NCBI GenBank assembly: GCA_964534375.1
Contig: CAZHPN010000060.1
Location: 1-31,719 of the forward strand
Origin: an uncultured bacterium
GTDB taxonomy: Bacteria > Lernaellota > Lernaellaia > Lernaellales > Lernaellaceae
Direction: 5' to 3'
Length of the DNA stretch: 31,719 nucleotides
Under the pieces are notes generated by a model. That model searched no databases and was not told the origin of the DNA. It saw only the letters and a list, made by a program, of their open reading frames with translations. Both the position numbers and the translations under genes were made by a program. Of this stretch, positions 16,695 through 27,155 are shown one piece after another (position 1 is the stretch's first letter; every line of letters starts with the position of its first letter).

Positions 16695-17690
16695 CTACCA
16701 GCGCATCAACATCGTACCCCAGGTGAACCCGGCGCCGAACGTCGCAAACCCGACGAGCATGCCGGGTTTGATCAGCTTCTTTTCCAGCGCCTCGTGGAGC
16801 ACGATCGGCAGCGTCGCCGCCGTGGTGTTGCCGTACTTCTGAATGTTGTGCAGCGTTTTCTCCGGCGGGATGCCCAGGCCCTGGCAGGCGAATTCGTTGA
16901 TGCGCAGGTTGGCCTGATGAAACGCCCAGAAGTCGACGTCGGCGACGGTCACGCCGGCCTTGGCGCACGCCGCCTGCATCGACTCCGGCAGGCGGCGGAT
17001 CGCGTGCGCGAACACCAGCGGCCCTTTCATCTGCGGATAAATGCGTTTCTCGTCGAGCATCTTATGCGTCAGCCGCGGGTGAAAAACGGACCCCTCCGAC
17101 TCGACCCACAGCGCCTTCGCATATTTGCCGTCGCCGTGCAAATCCGTGGCGATGACGCCCTTGTCCGGTTCGTCGGTCGCCTGCGCGATCATCACGCCCG
17201 CGCCGTCGCCGAAGATGACGGTCACGTCGCGGCCGCGCGTGGTGAAATCGAGCGCCGTCGAATGCAGTTCGGTGCCGGTGATCAAGATCGTTTTGAACAA
17301 CCCCGTCCGGATCCAAGCGTCGGCCACGGCCATCGAGTACAGGAAACCGGTGCACTGGTTGCGGATATCCATGACCGCGCAGCCGTTGAGTCCCAGTTTT
17401 TCCTGAATGAAGCAGGCCATGCCCGGGAACGTGTGGTCGGGGCTGAGCGTCGCCGAGATGACCGCCTCGATCGACGTCTTCTCGATGCCCGCCTGCTTCA
17501 GCGCCCCGGCGAACGCCTTCTCGGCCATGTCGGCGCCGGACATGCCTTCGGGCGCATATCGGCGCTCCTTGATGCCGGTGCGCTGGACGATCCATTCATC
17601 GCTGGTGTCCATCAACTTCGCCAGATCGTCGTTGGTCACGACGCGTTCGGGCACGTACATGCCCACTCCGGTGATCTTCATATTCGGCAT
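16695..17690 (-). CDS. fabH: 3-oxoacyl-ACP synthase III
   Basis: Motifs DTSDEWIVQRTGIKERR, catalytic Cys (NQCTGF), FGDGAG, HQANLRI, YGNT and FGAGFTWG. Confidence 0.92.
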   Translation of the reverse strand: MPNMKITGVGMYVPERVVTNDDLAKLMDTSDEWIVQRTGIKERRYAPEGMSGADMAEKAFAGALKQAGIEKTSIEAVISATLSPDHTFPGMACFIQEKLGLNGCAVMDIRNQCTGFLYSMAVADAWIRTGLFKTILITGTELHSTALDFTTRGRDVTVIFGDGAGVMIAQATDEPDKGVIATDLHGDGKYAKALWVESEGSVFHPRLTHKMLDEKRIYPQMKGPLVFAHAIRRLPESMQAACAKAGVTVADVDFWAFHQANLRINEFACQGLGIPPEKTLHNIQKYGNTTAATLPIVLHEALEKKLIKPGMLVGFATFGAGFTWGTMLMRW

Positions 17691-17744
17691 GATCGGCTCC
17701 TGAGATATTGCCGGCCGACACGGCGGTCCGGCGTCGTCAATTCG

Positions 17745-18737
17745 CTAGAGCTTAATCTTCCGCAAATAATCCGCAACCACTTCCGGCGGCGTCGGATTGA
17801 TGAAATACCCGGTGCCCGATTCGAAGCCGCCGACCCGCGTCAACCGCGGCGTGATTTCGATGTGCCACTGATAATACGGCAGGTTCTCTTCCTGCAACGG
17901 CGCGTTGTGCAGCACGATGTTGTACGCAAAAACGCCGAGCGCGCGCTCCAGCAGCCGCATGACGCGCCACAGGATTTTCGCCAGAAACGTCAATTGGTCG
18001 TCGCGACAGGTCTGGAACGCGGCCATCGGCACGCGCGGCACCACCCAGAGTTCGAACGGGAAGCGGCTGGCGAACGGCGCGATCGCGACGTAATCCGGGT
18101 TTTCCGTCACGAGCCGCTCGCCGTAACGCAATTCCTGGTCGATGATATCGAGGTAGACGTTGCGCTCCTTGAAATGGAAATATTCCTTCGCCCCGTTCAA
18201 TTCTTCGAGCGCGTTCTTGGGCACGATCGGCAGCGCGATGAGCTGGGTGTGGCTGTGCGGCTGCGTCGCGCCGGCCAGGCGGCCGTCGTTCTTGAAGATG
18301 AGGATGTACTGCAACCGGATGTCGCGGCGCAGGTCGCGGATGCGTTCGCGGATCGCGCGCAGCACCAGTTGAATCTCGTTCTCGTTGAATTGGGCGAAAT
18401 GCCGGTTGCGATCGGGCGTCTCGACGATGACCTCGTGCGCGCCGATGCCGGTCATCTTGTCGTACAACCCCACGCCTTCGCGCCGCAATTCGCCCTCGAC
18501 GCGCAACGCCGGAAACTTGTTGGGGATGACGCGCACGAGCCAGCGGCGCTGGGGCGAGCTTTCGTCGTAGTAGGTCAGAATCGCCGGCGGCGTCAGGTGC
18601 TCGTTGCCCGGCAGAAACGGGTCCACCTCATCGATTGGCGGATCGGGTTCGCGGCTGATGCCGGCGGGGCGTTTCGCGCGCTCGGTGGCGATAATCACCC
18701 AGCGGCCGTTGATCGGGTCTTTGCGAAGTTCGGGCAT
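17745..18737 (-). CDS. galT: GalT-like (HIT-fold) nucleotidyltransferase, annotated-type galactose-1-phosphate uridylyltransferase
   Basis: Motifs ELRKDPINGRWVIIATERAKRP, VIPNKFPAL, GAHEVIVE, the HxHxQ motif PHSHTQ, ASRFPFE and GFESGTGYFINP. The substrate is uncertain. Confidence 0.8.
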   Translation of the reverse strand: MPELRKDPINGRWVIIATERAKRPAGISREPDPPIDEVDPFLPGNEHLTPPAILTYYDESSPQRRWLVRVIPNKFPALRVEGELRREGVGLYDKMTGIGAHEVIVETPDRNRHFAQFNENEIQLVLRAIRERIRDLRRDIRLQYILIFKNDGRLAGATQPHSHTQLIALPIVPKNALEELNGAKEYFHFKERNVYLDIIDQELRYGERLVTENPDYVAIAPFASRFPFELWVVPRVPMAAFQTCRDDQLTFLAKILWRVMRLLERALGVFAYNIVLHNAPLQEENLPYYQWHIEITPRLTRVGGFESGTGYFINPTPPEVVADYLRKIKL

Positions 18738-18771
18738 GGTCCCTCGTGGCGGCGCCGCGGCGCCGCGCGGT

Positions 18772-20895
18772 TCAGCGCACGCTTCCCAACGTGACAGTCA
18801 ACGCGAGCCGCTTCGTTCCCTCGTTTTTCAAATGGAACCGGTTGCCGAACGCCAGGGCCGTCCCCTGATACGTGCGTTCGAAACCGCCCTCGCTCTGGCT
18901 CACGGTCTCCACCGGGAAATGCCACAATTCGCACGGCTCGCCGCCCGCGAAATCCGCGGTCAAATTCTTCCACTCGTCGCCGAGCCGCACGCGGTCGACG
19001 CGTTCGTGCACGCCGCTTTGATTCATGCGCTGCCGCACGCCGTCGATTTCGAGCCAGCGGTCCGGCGCGTCGGCGGCCAGCAGCGTCACGTTCCACTGGC
19101 GCACCAGCCAGAAATCCATCGCCTCGCCGCGATTGACGACGGTCGTTTCCACTTCCATCCACGGTTCGTCCGCGGCCACGACGAAGCGCTTGCGCAAAAC
19201 GACCGGGTGCTTGACGCCGCCCGGGTACAACCCCCCTTCCCGCTCGACTTCCACGACGAAGGTCTTGCCCTTCCGTTTGGCCGACAGCAGCTTGAACGGC
19301 TGGTTGACGAAATCCGACAACTCGCCGTAGCGCGTCGTCGCAAAACCCGCGGCGTCCGACCATGGCGCCAGGAAATGGTCGAGCGCGCTGTAACGCGTGT
19401 ACCAGTCGTAGAAGAGCATCTCGGCCAGGCCCTCTTCCTTGACCCGCACGATGTCGTGAATGCTCTTGGGCTGGCCCGTTTCCACCGGCGCTTGCGTGAT
19501 TTTGTCGTGATAGATCTCGCGGCGCCGCGTGAGCACGTCGGTGAGGGCGTGGCCGGTCCGCCGGTCCACGAATTCGTAAATGCTGCCGCCGTACGACGGT
19601 TTGATCACGACGCTCATGTGCCGCGTGTCGATGACCGCCTCGGCCGCGCCGTCGGCGTCGTGGTCGACGACTTCGAGCGTCGGCAGCCCGAGGATTTCGT
19701 CGGCCAGGTTCTCGCTGCGGTACATCTCGCGGGCCACGCCGTCGCGCAGATAGTTGAGGTACAAGCCGCCGAACATGCCGTGCCAATAGGCGCAATTGCA
19801 CTGCGCCCGCAGCGCATGGGTGCGCGCCGCCGCGGCGGCCGGATGGTCCGGCGCCTGTTGCAGCGCGGCGCGCGACTTTTTCGAGGCGCGGATCATCCGT
19901 TTGTGCAGGCGGTTCGCCTCCTGATATTTGCCGAGGAAATTGTCCCAAAAGCCGCCGCGCACGAACGGCATCATCCGCTCCCACGTGCCGTCGCGTTTGG
20001 CGTCCTGGTGCAGCTTGGCCAACTCCAGGCCGGCGTCGACCGGCAACGCCCATTCGGTCATTTCATGATAGCTGGCGGTCGGCAAATAGATGCGGCCCGT
20101 CGGGAGCTCGGAGTCCAAAATTTCCGCGAAATGCGCCGTGGCGATATCGTCCGCCTCCTCCAGCGCCGTGAAAAATTTCTCGAGCCACTTCTTTTCGTAG
20201 ACCCATTCGTAGGTGTCCGGCCAGAGGCCGAATTTCTCGCCGTCGTCGGCGTAGGTCGCGACCGGCGCCTGAAACCGGTTCTTCATCTCGCGCAGGTAAT
20301 GGACGATCTTTTCCGCCGTGTCGAACGGGATCTTGTAGCGCAGCACGCGGTCGATCGGGAACACGGCCGTCGTCTCGCCGTTTCGTTCGGTGATGTAGTA
20401 GCCGGCGATTTTTTCCTTCGGCACGCCCGCAAAACGAAAGTGCGTCTCGTCGGCGATGGTGAATTCGACGCCGGCCGCGCGCAGCAGGGTCGGCAGCGCC
20501 GGTTCCCAGATGCGTTCGGTCAGCCAGATGCCGCGCACCTTCGCGCCGAGCCGTTCCCTGGCCCAGCGGTTCATGCGCGCGAGTTGCTCCAGCGCGTCGT
20601 CGTGCGGCACGGCGGACAGAATCGGCTCATAGAAACCGCCGCCGAGGATCTCCACTTGCCCGGATTCCGCCAGCGCCGCGAGGCGATCGAGATACTCCGG
20701 CCGATGTTCTTCGATCCATTCCAGCAGGCAGCCGCTATGATGCAGCGACGCCTTGATCTTGGGGTGGCGGCCCAGGATGTCCAAAAACGGCGCGTAACAT
20801 TTGGCGAACGCCTCCTCGAACACATGGGCGAAATTGCCGACCGGTTGGTGGTCGTGAATGCCGAACGTCAAACGGACACGGTGCTGATTGGTCAA
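18772..20895 (-). CDS. GH57 alpha-amylase/4-alpha-glucanotransferase
   Basis: Motifs HDHQPVGNF, GGFYEPIL, WLTERIWEP (nucleophile Glu), DDGEKFGLWP, AQCNCAYWHGMFGGLY and VETVSQSEGGFERTYQG. The start is placed at TTG 20895, just after the upstream stop and a GGAG. Confidence 0.92.
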   Translation of the reverse strand: MTNQHRVRLTFGIHDHQPVGNFAHVFEEAFAKCYAPFLDILGRHPKIKASLHHSGCLLEWIEEHRPEYLDRLAALAESGQVEILGGGFYEPILSAVPHDDALEQLARMNRWARERLGAKVRGIWLTERIWEPALPTLLRAAGVEFTIADETHFRFAGVPKEKIAGYYITERNGETTAVFPIDRVLRYKIPFDTAEKIVHYLREMKNRFQAPVATYADDGEKFGLWPDTYEWVYEKKWLEKFFTALEEADDIATAHFAEILDSELPTGRIYLPTASYHEMTEWALPVDAGLELAKLHQDAKRDGTWERMMPFVRGGFWDNFLGKYQEANRLHKRMIRASKKSRAALQQAPDHPAAAAARTHALRAQCNCAYWHGMFGGLYLNYLRDGVAREMYRSENLADEILGLPTLEVVDHDADGAAEAVIDTRHMSVVIKPSYGGSIYEFVDRRTGHALTDVLTRRREIYHDKITQAPVETGQPKSIHDIVRVKEEGLAEMLFYDWYTRYSALDHFLAPWSDAAGFATTRYGELSDFVNQPFKLLSAKRKGKTFVVEVEREGGLYPGGVKHPVVLRKRFVVAADEPWMEVETTVVNRGEAMDFWLVRQWNVTLLAADAPDRWLEIDGVRQRMNQSGVHERVDRVRLGDEWKNLTADFAGGEPCELWHFPVETVSQSEGGFERTYQGTALAFGNRFHLKNEGTKRLALTVTLGSVR

Positions 20896-20896
20896 C

Positions 20897-23062
20897 TCAT
20901 ACGCTCCAGTGGATGCTGTCGTAGCTTTCGTCGGGCACATCGAGACGGATGCGGCCATTCTTCGGGAAACGGTCTTCCTCGACTTCGCTTTTCGTCAAGC
21001 GCACGATGAAGGAAAGTTCGTCGCCGGCGCGGACGTCCGGCACGCGGAACGGAATCGCCAATTCGGCGATCTCGTCGATCGCCAAGCTGTCGATTTCGCC
21101 GGCCGGCCGCCAGCCGCCGCCTTCGGGAACCCAGATTTCGCAGCGTTTTCGCGCCGGCGGGCCGAAGCGGAACGCAAAGCGCAACTCCCGTTCGACGCGG
21201 CCGATGATGTGCACGCGCGCCTGCAACTCGCCGCCGACCAGGCGCAGGTCGTCGGCCGGATCGAGCCGCAGATACAGGTTCTCCGCGTCGAAGCCGAAGT
21301 ACAGCGCCGACAGCAGGTTTTTGGAAAGGTGCATGCTGCCGCGCGCCTTGGTCAGGTCGAGGAAACCGGCGTCGGCCCATTCGTAAAATTGCGTGATGCG
21401 GCCGTCGAGCGTCGGGCGGATCAACGCGAGCGGCATGGCGATCAGGACGTTTTCTTTGTCGACGTGAATCGGATCGTCGAGGAACGACGGCGGGTTCTCG
21501 CCGAGCGCCAGATGGACGTTGGCCAGCTTTTGCCGGAACAGGCGATCGAAATCCGCGTCGTTGTCGCTGTTGAAATCGTCGTCGTACCACCAGAACCAGT
21601 CGGACCCCTCCGCCTGATAAAGCTGCTCGGTCGCCGCCTGCAACTGCGCCGGCGTGGCGCCGCCGGCCTGCCGCACGGCCTCCAGATGGCTGCGCGTGCG
21701 GTCGACCAGCGACCAGGCGCGATTTTCCTCGGGGCCGCCGATCCAAATCCCGAAGTTGCTGTTAATCCAACTGCCGCTGTGCAGCCGGGCCAGCGTTTTT
21801 TTCGGTGGTTTTTCCGCCAGCGCCTGCGACATCGACACCGCACGGAACCGCTTGTCCGCGGTCAACGCCGTGTACAGGCCGTCAAGAAACGCTTCGCCGC
21901 CGCCCGCGTAGTACTCCCACGGGTTTTCGCCGTCGAGAATCACGCTGACCACGCCGCCCGGCGCCGCCTCGGCAATGCGGCCGAAATGGCCGACGAAGTC
22001 GCGTACGGCCGCGGCCGGATCGTTTTTGGCGTAGGTGAAGCCGATCAGGTCGGAGAGATACCGATCGCGGAAAAACACCGCGACGCGCGCGCCCTGGTAT
22101 TCCGCGTAGTAGGGCTCGAACAAGTTTTCGCGTTTCGCGCCGCCGTCGAGGCTGCGAAAGAGAATGCCTTCGTCGGTGGCGATCCACCGCACGCCGGCGC
22201 CCGCCAGATAGGGAACGATCTCCGGGCAGACCGAGCCTTCGCTGGGCCACATGCCGCGCGGCGGCCGGCCGAAGGCGTCGGCGAAATAATGCACGCCGCG
22301 TTCGATTTGCATGCGCGCGTCTTCGGCGAACGAGAAATCGCCGTGCAGCGGCGTGTCGGGCATGCTGCGGCGCACGACCTGCGAGCCGACCAGGATCGGC
22401 AGAATCGGGTGGTAGAACGGGCTGGTGGAAAATTCGACCGCGCCGGCCGCCTGCAATCCGCGCCAGCCGTCGACGATCCGCCGGACGATGTCGGCTTGCG
22501 CCTCGAGCAGTTGCGCCTTGTCCGCTTCCGAGTACCCCATGCCCTTTTCGAACAGCGCGGCGAGGCGCGGGTCGCGCCGGGCGGTGAAGCCGCACCACGA
22601 GAGGTTGAACCACACTTGCAGGTCGAGGAAATCCTGCGGCGAGAACAGCTTGTTGGCGCGGTCGAGCGTCGGCGCGTCGACGCGCGTGCCCCGCCGATCC
22701 AACAAGCGCGCGTAACCCGGGTTCGGCCGCACCATCGTTTCCCAGTTGGACATGAAAAAGTAGCGCAGCACGAACTTGCGCTCCGTTTCGTCCAGGGCGG
22801 CGGCGGGCTTGCGCGACAGCGTCAGAAACACGTCGTCGAGGTCCGGCCGTTCCACGTAGGCGCGCAGTTGCGCCAGGAGGCTGGGCACGACGTTGATCGT
22901 GCAGGCGAACGCCGGATGGCGATCGAGCATCGCCGTCATGTCGAGGTAGGCTTTGGTGGCGTGCAGGCGCACCCAGGGCAAACTCACGCGGCCGGTCGGA
23001 TCGTCCAGGTAATACGGCTGGTGCATGTGCCACAAAAAGGCGATTCGCAGCGGTTCGTTCAT
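20897..23062 (-). CDS. GH57 amylopullulanase-like glycoside hydrolase
   Basis: Motifs [53 protein letters not shown] and [10 protein letters not shown]. Confidence 0.92.
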   Translation of the reverse strand: MNEPLRIAFLWHMHQPYYLDDPTGRVSLPWVRLHATKAYLDMTAMLDRHPAFACTINVVPSLLAQLRAYVERPDLDDVFLTLSRKPAAALDETERKFVLRYFFMSNWETMVRPNPGYARLLDRRGTRVDAPTLDRANKLFSPQDFLDLQVWFNLSWCGFTARRDPRLAALFEKGMGYSEADKAQLLEAQADIVRRIVDGWRGLQAAGAVEFSTSPFYHPILPILVGSQVVRRSMPDTPLHGDFSFAEDARMQIERGVHYFADAFGRPPRGMWPSEGSVCPEIVPYLAGAGVRWIATDEGILFRSLDGGAKRENLFEPYYAEYQGARVAVFFRDRYLSDLIGFTYAKNDPAAAVRDFVGHFGRIAEAAPGGVVSVILDGENPWEYYAGGGEAFLDGLYTALTADKRFRAVSMSQALAEKPPKKTLARLHSGSWINSNFGIWIGGPEENRAWSLVDRTRSHLEAVRQAGGATPAQLQAATEQLYQAEGSDWFWWYDDDFNSDNDADFDRLFRQKLANVHLALGENPPSFLDDPIHVDKENVLIAMPLALIRPTLDGRITQFYEWADAGFLDLTKARGSMHLSKNLLSALYFGFDAENLYLRLDPADDLRLVGGELQARVHIIGRVERELRFAFRFGPPARKRCEIWVPEGGGWRPAGEIDSLAIDEIAELAIPFRVPDVRAGDELSFIVRLTKSEVEEDRFPKNGRIRLDVPDESYDSIHWSV

Positions 23063-24306
23063 GAAAGGATCTCAACCCCCCGCGGCACGACGGTCACGCC
23101 GTTGTCGGTGATGGTGAAGCCGCGCTCCAGGTCGCGCATCGCGTCGTAGCCGATTTCGCTGTGCGCCGGGATGCGCACGTATTTGTCGATGATGCAGCGG
23201 CGCAGCCGCGCGTGGCGGCCGATCTCGGCGCCCTCGAAGATGACGCTCTCGGAGACCTGCGAGAAGCTGTTGATGCGCACGAACGGACTGATAATCGAGC
23301 GGTCGATGTGCCCGCCGCTGACGATGCAGCCCTCGCTGACCATGCTGTCCGTCGCGAGGCCGATGCGCCGCGACCGCTCGTCGGCAAAAACGAATTTCGC
23401 CGGCGGCCCCTGCAGCGAATACGTGTGCAGCGGCCACAGGCGGTTGTACAGATCGACGATCGGCTGGACGCTGACCAGGTCCATCGACGCGTCGAAATAC
23501 GCCTCGATGTCGCCGACGTCGCGCCAGTAGCCGCGCTCGCGCTCGGGCTGCCCCGGCGGCGAATTGGCGGCGAAGTCGTACACGAACACGCGCCGGTCTT
23601 CCATCATCCCCGGGACGATGCTCTTGCCGAAATCGTGCGCGCTCTGCGGGTCGCGCGCGTCGCGCTCGATCTCCTCCAGCAACGCGTCGGTGCGAAAGAT
23701 GTAATTGCCCATGCTCGCCAGCACGCGCGACGGATCGCCCGGAATCGTCTTCGGGTTCGCCGGCTTCTCCTCGAAGCCGACCATGCGCCAATCGGCGTCG
23801 ACTTCGAGAATGCCGAACCGGTGCGCTTCCTGCACCGGCATGGGAATGGCGACGATCGTCGCGTCGGCCTTTTTGTCGACGTGGTACGCCAGCATCTGCC
23901 GGATGTCCATTTTGTAGATATGGTCGGCGCCAAAGACGCACATGTGCGCCGGGTTTTCGTCGCGGATCGCGTGAAAATTCTGAAAGATCGCGTCGGCGCT
24001 GCCCTTGTACCAATCGGGGCCGGTGCGCATTTGCGCGGGGGAGATGTCGCAGAAGAAGCCGAACTGCGAATTGAGGCGGTAGCCGCGGGCGACGTGCCGG
24101 ATCAGGCTGTCCGCCTTGTATTGCGTAAGAATTTTGATCTTGAAAAAGCCGCTGTTGATGAAATTGGAGAGCACGAAGTCGATGAGGCGATACCGGCCGC
24201 CGAACGGCACGGCGGGTTTGGCCCGGTGCAGGGTCAGCGGCATCATCCGCTTGCCCTCGCCGCCGGCGAGAATCATGGTCAGCACGTTGTTCACATTGAT
24301 GGCCAT
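23059..24306 (-). CDS. glgC: Glucose-1-phosphate adenylyltransferase
   Basis: Motifs [58 protein letters not shown] and YWRDVG, plus a C-terminal beta-helix. Start at ATG 24306; the track ORF is over-extended. Confidence 0.96.
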   Translation of the reverse strand: MAINVNNVLTMILAGGEGKRMMPLTLHRAKPAVPFGGRYRLIDFVLSNFINSGFFKIKILTQYKADSLIRHVARGYRLNSQFGFFCDISPAQMRTGPDWYKGSADAIFQNFHAIRDENPAHMCVFGADHIYKMDIRQMLAYHVDKKADATIVAIPMPVQEAHRFGILEVDADWRMVGFEEKPANPKTIPGDPSRVLASMGNYIFRTDALLEEIERDARDPQSAHDFGKSIVPGMMEDRRVFVYDFAANSPPGQPERERGYWRDVGDIEAYFDASMDLVSVQPIVDLYNRLWPLHTYSLQGPPAKFVFADERSRRIGLATDSMVSEGCIVSGGHIDRSIISPFVRINSFSQVSESVIFEGAEIGRHARLRRCIIDKYVRIPAHSEIGYDAMRDLERGFTITDNGVTVVPRGVEILS

Positions 24307-24311
24307 GCGCT

Positions 24312-25280
24312 TTACCCTCTTGGCGGTTTCGCCGCGGCGAAGGCGAGCATGCCCGCGCCGATGGTTCCCGCGTCGTTGCCGAGCAATGCCCGTTCGATCC
24401 GCACGCGCTCGCCCGGTATGCGATACGCCCGCCGCCGCACTTCTTCCCGCAGCGGCTCGTACAGCAGGTCGAACGCGGCGCTCACGCCCCCGCCGATAAC
24501 GAACAACGGCGCGTTCAATATGTTTAATACCGAAGCCATCGCCATGCCGAGATACCGCGCCGCTTTGTGCAACACCGCGCGGCTCGTCTCGCAGCCGGCG
24601 CAGGCCGCCTCGTACACCATCTTCGGCGTGACCGCCAGCGGGTCGCCGCCGGCCAGCTCGCGCAACACGCTCCCCTGCCCCGCCGCCAGCGCGGCCCGCG
24701 CCTCGCGGACCATCGCCGGCCCCGACGCGTACTGCTCGACGCAGCCCCAACTGCCGCAGCCGCACGGATGGCCCTCGGGCTCGACGATCACGTGGCCGAT
24801 CTCGCCCGCCATGCCCCACGCGCCGCGCCAGATGCGGCCGTCGAGGATAATGCCGCCGCCGATGCCCGTGCCCAGCGTGAGCAGCACCATCGACGCCGCG
24901 CCCCGGCCCGTGCCGTGCACGTATTCGCCGAGCGCCGCCAGGTTCGCGTCGTTGTCGATGGCCACCGGCAGGTCGACGATTTTGGCGAGCGGGCCGCACA
25001 AATCGACGTCCAACCAGCCCGGAAAATTCGGATTCTGACTGATGATGCCGGTCTCCGGGTAGATGCCACCGGGGCTGCCGATGCCGACGCCGAGCACCGC
25101 GTCGCCGGTTTCCTTCCGCAGCTCCGCCACCAACGCGGCGATGCGTTCGATCACCGCCGCCGGCGGACGGTCGGCGCCCGTGGCGACCCGCCGCGTCGCG
25201 AGCGCGCGGCCGTCGCGATTCATGAGCGCCGCTTTGATCTCAGTGCCGCCCAGGTCGACGGCGATGACGGTTTCGTTCAT
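24312..25280 (-). CDS. glk: ROK family sugar kinase (glucokinase-like)
   Basis: Motifs [42 protein letters not shown] and NDAGTIGA. Start at ATG 25280, overlapping the hpt stop. Confidence 0.88.
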   Translation of the reverse strand: MNETVIAVDLGGTEIKAALMNRDGRALATRRVATGADRPPAAVIERIAALVAELRKETGDAVLGVGIGSPGGIYPETGIISQNPNFPGWLDVDLCGPLAKIVDLPVAIDNDANLAALGEYVHGTGRGAASMVLLTLGTGIGGGIILDGRIWRGAWGMAGEIGHVIVEPEGHPCGCGSWGCVEQYASGPAMVREARAALAAGQGSVLRELAGGDPLAVTPKMVYEAACAGCETSRAVLHKAARYLGMAMASVLNILNAPLFVIGGGVSAAFDLLYEPLREEVRRRAYRIPGERVRIERALLGNDAGTIGAGMLAFAAAKPPRG

Positions 25281-25804
25281 GAGGGCGTGTCCTTGATGTA
25301 GATGTCGCGCAATTGGCGGCAGCGGCCCTGCCAGTCGAGGCCGTAGCCGATGACGAACCGGTCCGGAATGCGAAAACCGACCAGCGGCTCGTCGACGGCG
25401 GAAAGCCGCGGCCGCTCTTTCGCGAGCAGCACCACGCCGGCGACGCTGACCGCGCCGCGCGCCCGCAAATGGTCGCGGCAAAACTCGAGGGTGCGGCCGC
25501 TGTCGAAGATGTCGTCGACGACCACCACGTCGGCGCCCGCCACGTCGCCGGCCAGATCGGCGACGAGCTTGAGTTCGCCGCCGGTTTCCGCGCCGTTGTA
25601 GCTGCTGACGCGCAGGAAATCGAGCTTCACGTCCGCTTGCAGTTCCCGCACCAAATCCGCCAGAAAGAAGACCGCGCCGTCCAGCACGCCGACGAATTTC
25701 GTGTGGCAATCGCGGACGCGCGGGCGCAACTCGTCGGCCAGTTCCTTCGTGCGACGCCGGATTTCATCGTGCGTCAACAGGCGGGAAAATCCCTCGGGAA
25801 TCAT
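25277..25804 (-). CDS. hpt: Hypoxanthine phosphoribosyltransferase
   Basis: Motifs GVLDGAVFFLADL, DFLRVSSY, the PRPP motif VVVVDDIFDSGRT, and FVIGYGLD. Start at ATG 25804. Confidence 0.88.
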   Translation of the reverse strand: MIPEGFSRLLTHDEIRRRTKELADELRPRVRDCHTKFVGVLDGAVFFLADLVRELQADVKLDFLRVSSYNGAETGGELKLVADLAGDVAGADVVVVDDIFDSGRTLEFCRDHLRARGAVSVAGVVLLAKERPRLSAVDEPLVGFRIPDRFVIGYGLDWQGRCRQLRDIYIKDTPS

Positions 25805-26009
25805 GGCCGGCCCCTTCGTCCGCGACGTTACGTTGTCTAAAAATAAGGCCGATTCGCCGGCCGGGAAACCAACCGCGACGGCCCCCCTGCCGCGACGGCC
25901 CCGACCGCGTTGCATTTTAATCAATTGCGCCGATTTCGCCAGCCCGGAAGTTGAGCCGGCCCAAGCGAAGCCCGTCAAAGCGCGAGTCGCGTCTATTTTG
26001 CACGGGTCC

Positions 26010-26063
26010 GTCTGACCGATCGGACATGTCTGACTCGCCCGACGTGTCAGACGCCCCTGATTG
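26010..26063. repeat. Degenerate nonamer tandem array
   Basis: GTCTGACCG-ATCGGACAT-GTCTGACTC-GCCCGACGT-GTCAGACGC-CCCTGATTG, period 9, core (T/C)CNGA(C/T). Confidence 0.75.
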
Positions 26064-26258
26064 CCGATGCGGCGCGGACCCGTGGCAATTCGCCTTGCCG
26101 CGCGCTCGCGCCCCGCGTCGCCGGACGATTTGCGGCTGCGAAAGCCGCGGCATCAACGCTGTTGTTTTGAAGAAGAAAATTAGGACCTATTCTTTCGACT
26201 CACGCCTACAGTCGCGCGCCGAGCGTGGCCGGGGAGTTGAGCGCCATACTGTCGGCGC

Positions 26259-27155
26259 TCAATGCCGATACAGCGCCCAGGCGACGACGACGGCATACAG
26301 GAACAGGTTGATGATCATCGGCTTGTCCGTCACCAGCACCTGTTCGAGCGTGTGATAGCCCTCTTTGACGTGGACCAGATAGAGATAGCGGAAGATGCCG
26401 TAGAGGACGAACGGCACGGTGTAGGCCAGATCGCCGGTGCCGAATTTCCAAATCGTCTCGGGCGACCGCGTGTACAGCGTGTACGCGACGAGCAGCGCAC
26501 TGGTGATGACGGCCGTCATCTGGTCGAGCAGATGCGGGTTGTACTCGGCGAGCGTCTTGCGGTGGCCGACGGCGTCATCCTGCAGGACGCGGATTTCCAG
26601 ACTGCGTTTCGAGAGCGCGATAAACAGCGACAACAGCATGGCGCAAATCAGCAGCCAACTGGAAATCTCGACGGAGATCACCGCGGCGCCGGCCACCACC
26701 CGCAGCACGTAGCCCGCCGCCACCGTGAACAAATCGACGATGACGATGTTCTTGAGCCCCAAGCTGTAACCGACGCTGATCGCCACGTACGCCAACGCCG
26801 CCCACCCGAAATGGCGATTCAACAGAAACGCCAAAAACAGCGACGCCGCGTACAACGCCGCGCTCGCCGTCAGCGCCGCGCGGATCGACAAACGGTCGGC
26901 CGCGACCGGCCGGTCGGCTTTGACCTGGTGCAGGCGATCGCCTTCGCGGTCGACCACGTCGTTGAGCAGATAACCCGCGCCGCTCAGGCCGCAAAACAAG
27001 GCGAACGCGGCCACCGATTTCGACACGTGCGCCAAATGGCCGATGTGCTGTGCAAACACGACCGGCGCGAAGACGAGGATGTTTTTCGCAAAGTGGCGCG
27101 GCCGCATGCCGATGAAAATTTCACGCCAGGTCGCGGACATGGACGAACTACTCAT
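26259..27155 (-). CDS. UbiA-family decaprenyl-phosphate phosphoribosyltransferase-like protein
   Basis: Motifs MRPRHFAKN, YLLNDVVDREGDRLHQVKADRPVA, YSLGLKN, GYVLRVVAG, ALSKR and PFVLYGIFRY; multi-TM. Start is 27155 or 27140. Confidence 0.87.
   Translation of the reverse strand: MSSSSMSATWREIFIGMRPRHFAKNILVFAPVVFAQHIGHLAHVSKSVAAFALFCGLSGAGYLLNDVVDREGDRLHQVKADRPVAADRLSIRAALTASAALYAASLFLAFLLNRHFGWAALAYVAISVGYSLGLKNIVIVDLFTVAAGYVLRVVAGAAVISVEISSWLLICAMLLSLFIALSKRSLEIRVLQDDAVGHRKTLAEYNPHLLDQMTAVITSALLVAYTLYTRSPETIWKFGTGDLAYTVPFVLYGIFRYLYLVHVKEGYHTLEQVLVTDKPMIINLFLYAVVVAWALYRH

Noticed and set aside
25873..25902. Direct repeat CCGCGACGGCCCC x2 upstream of hpt
   Set aside because: It is short, almost all GC and present in only two copies, so it could be chance or local duplication.
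24307..25978. Apparent long N-terminal extensions or fusions of GlgC (to 24999), the ROK kinase (to 25709) and Hpt (to 25978); likewise HolB (to 29390)
   Set aside because: The extensions overlap upstream genes in other frames or intergenic DNA. Internal starts with stop/start coupling fit better.
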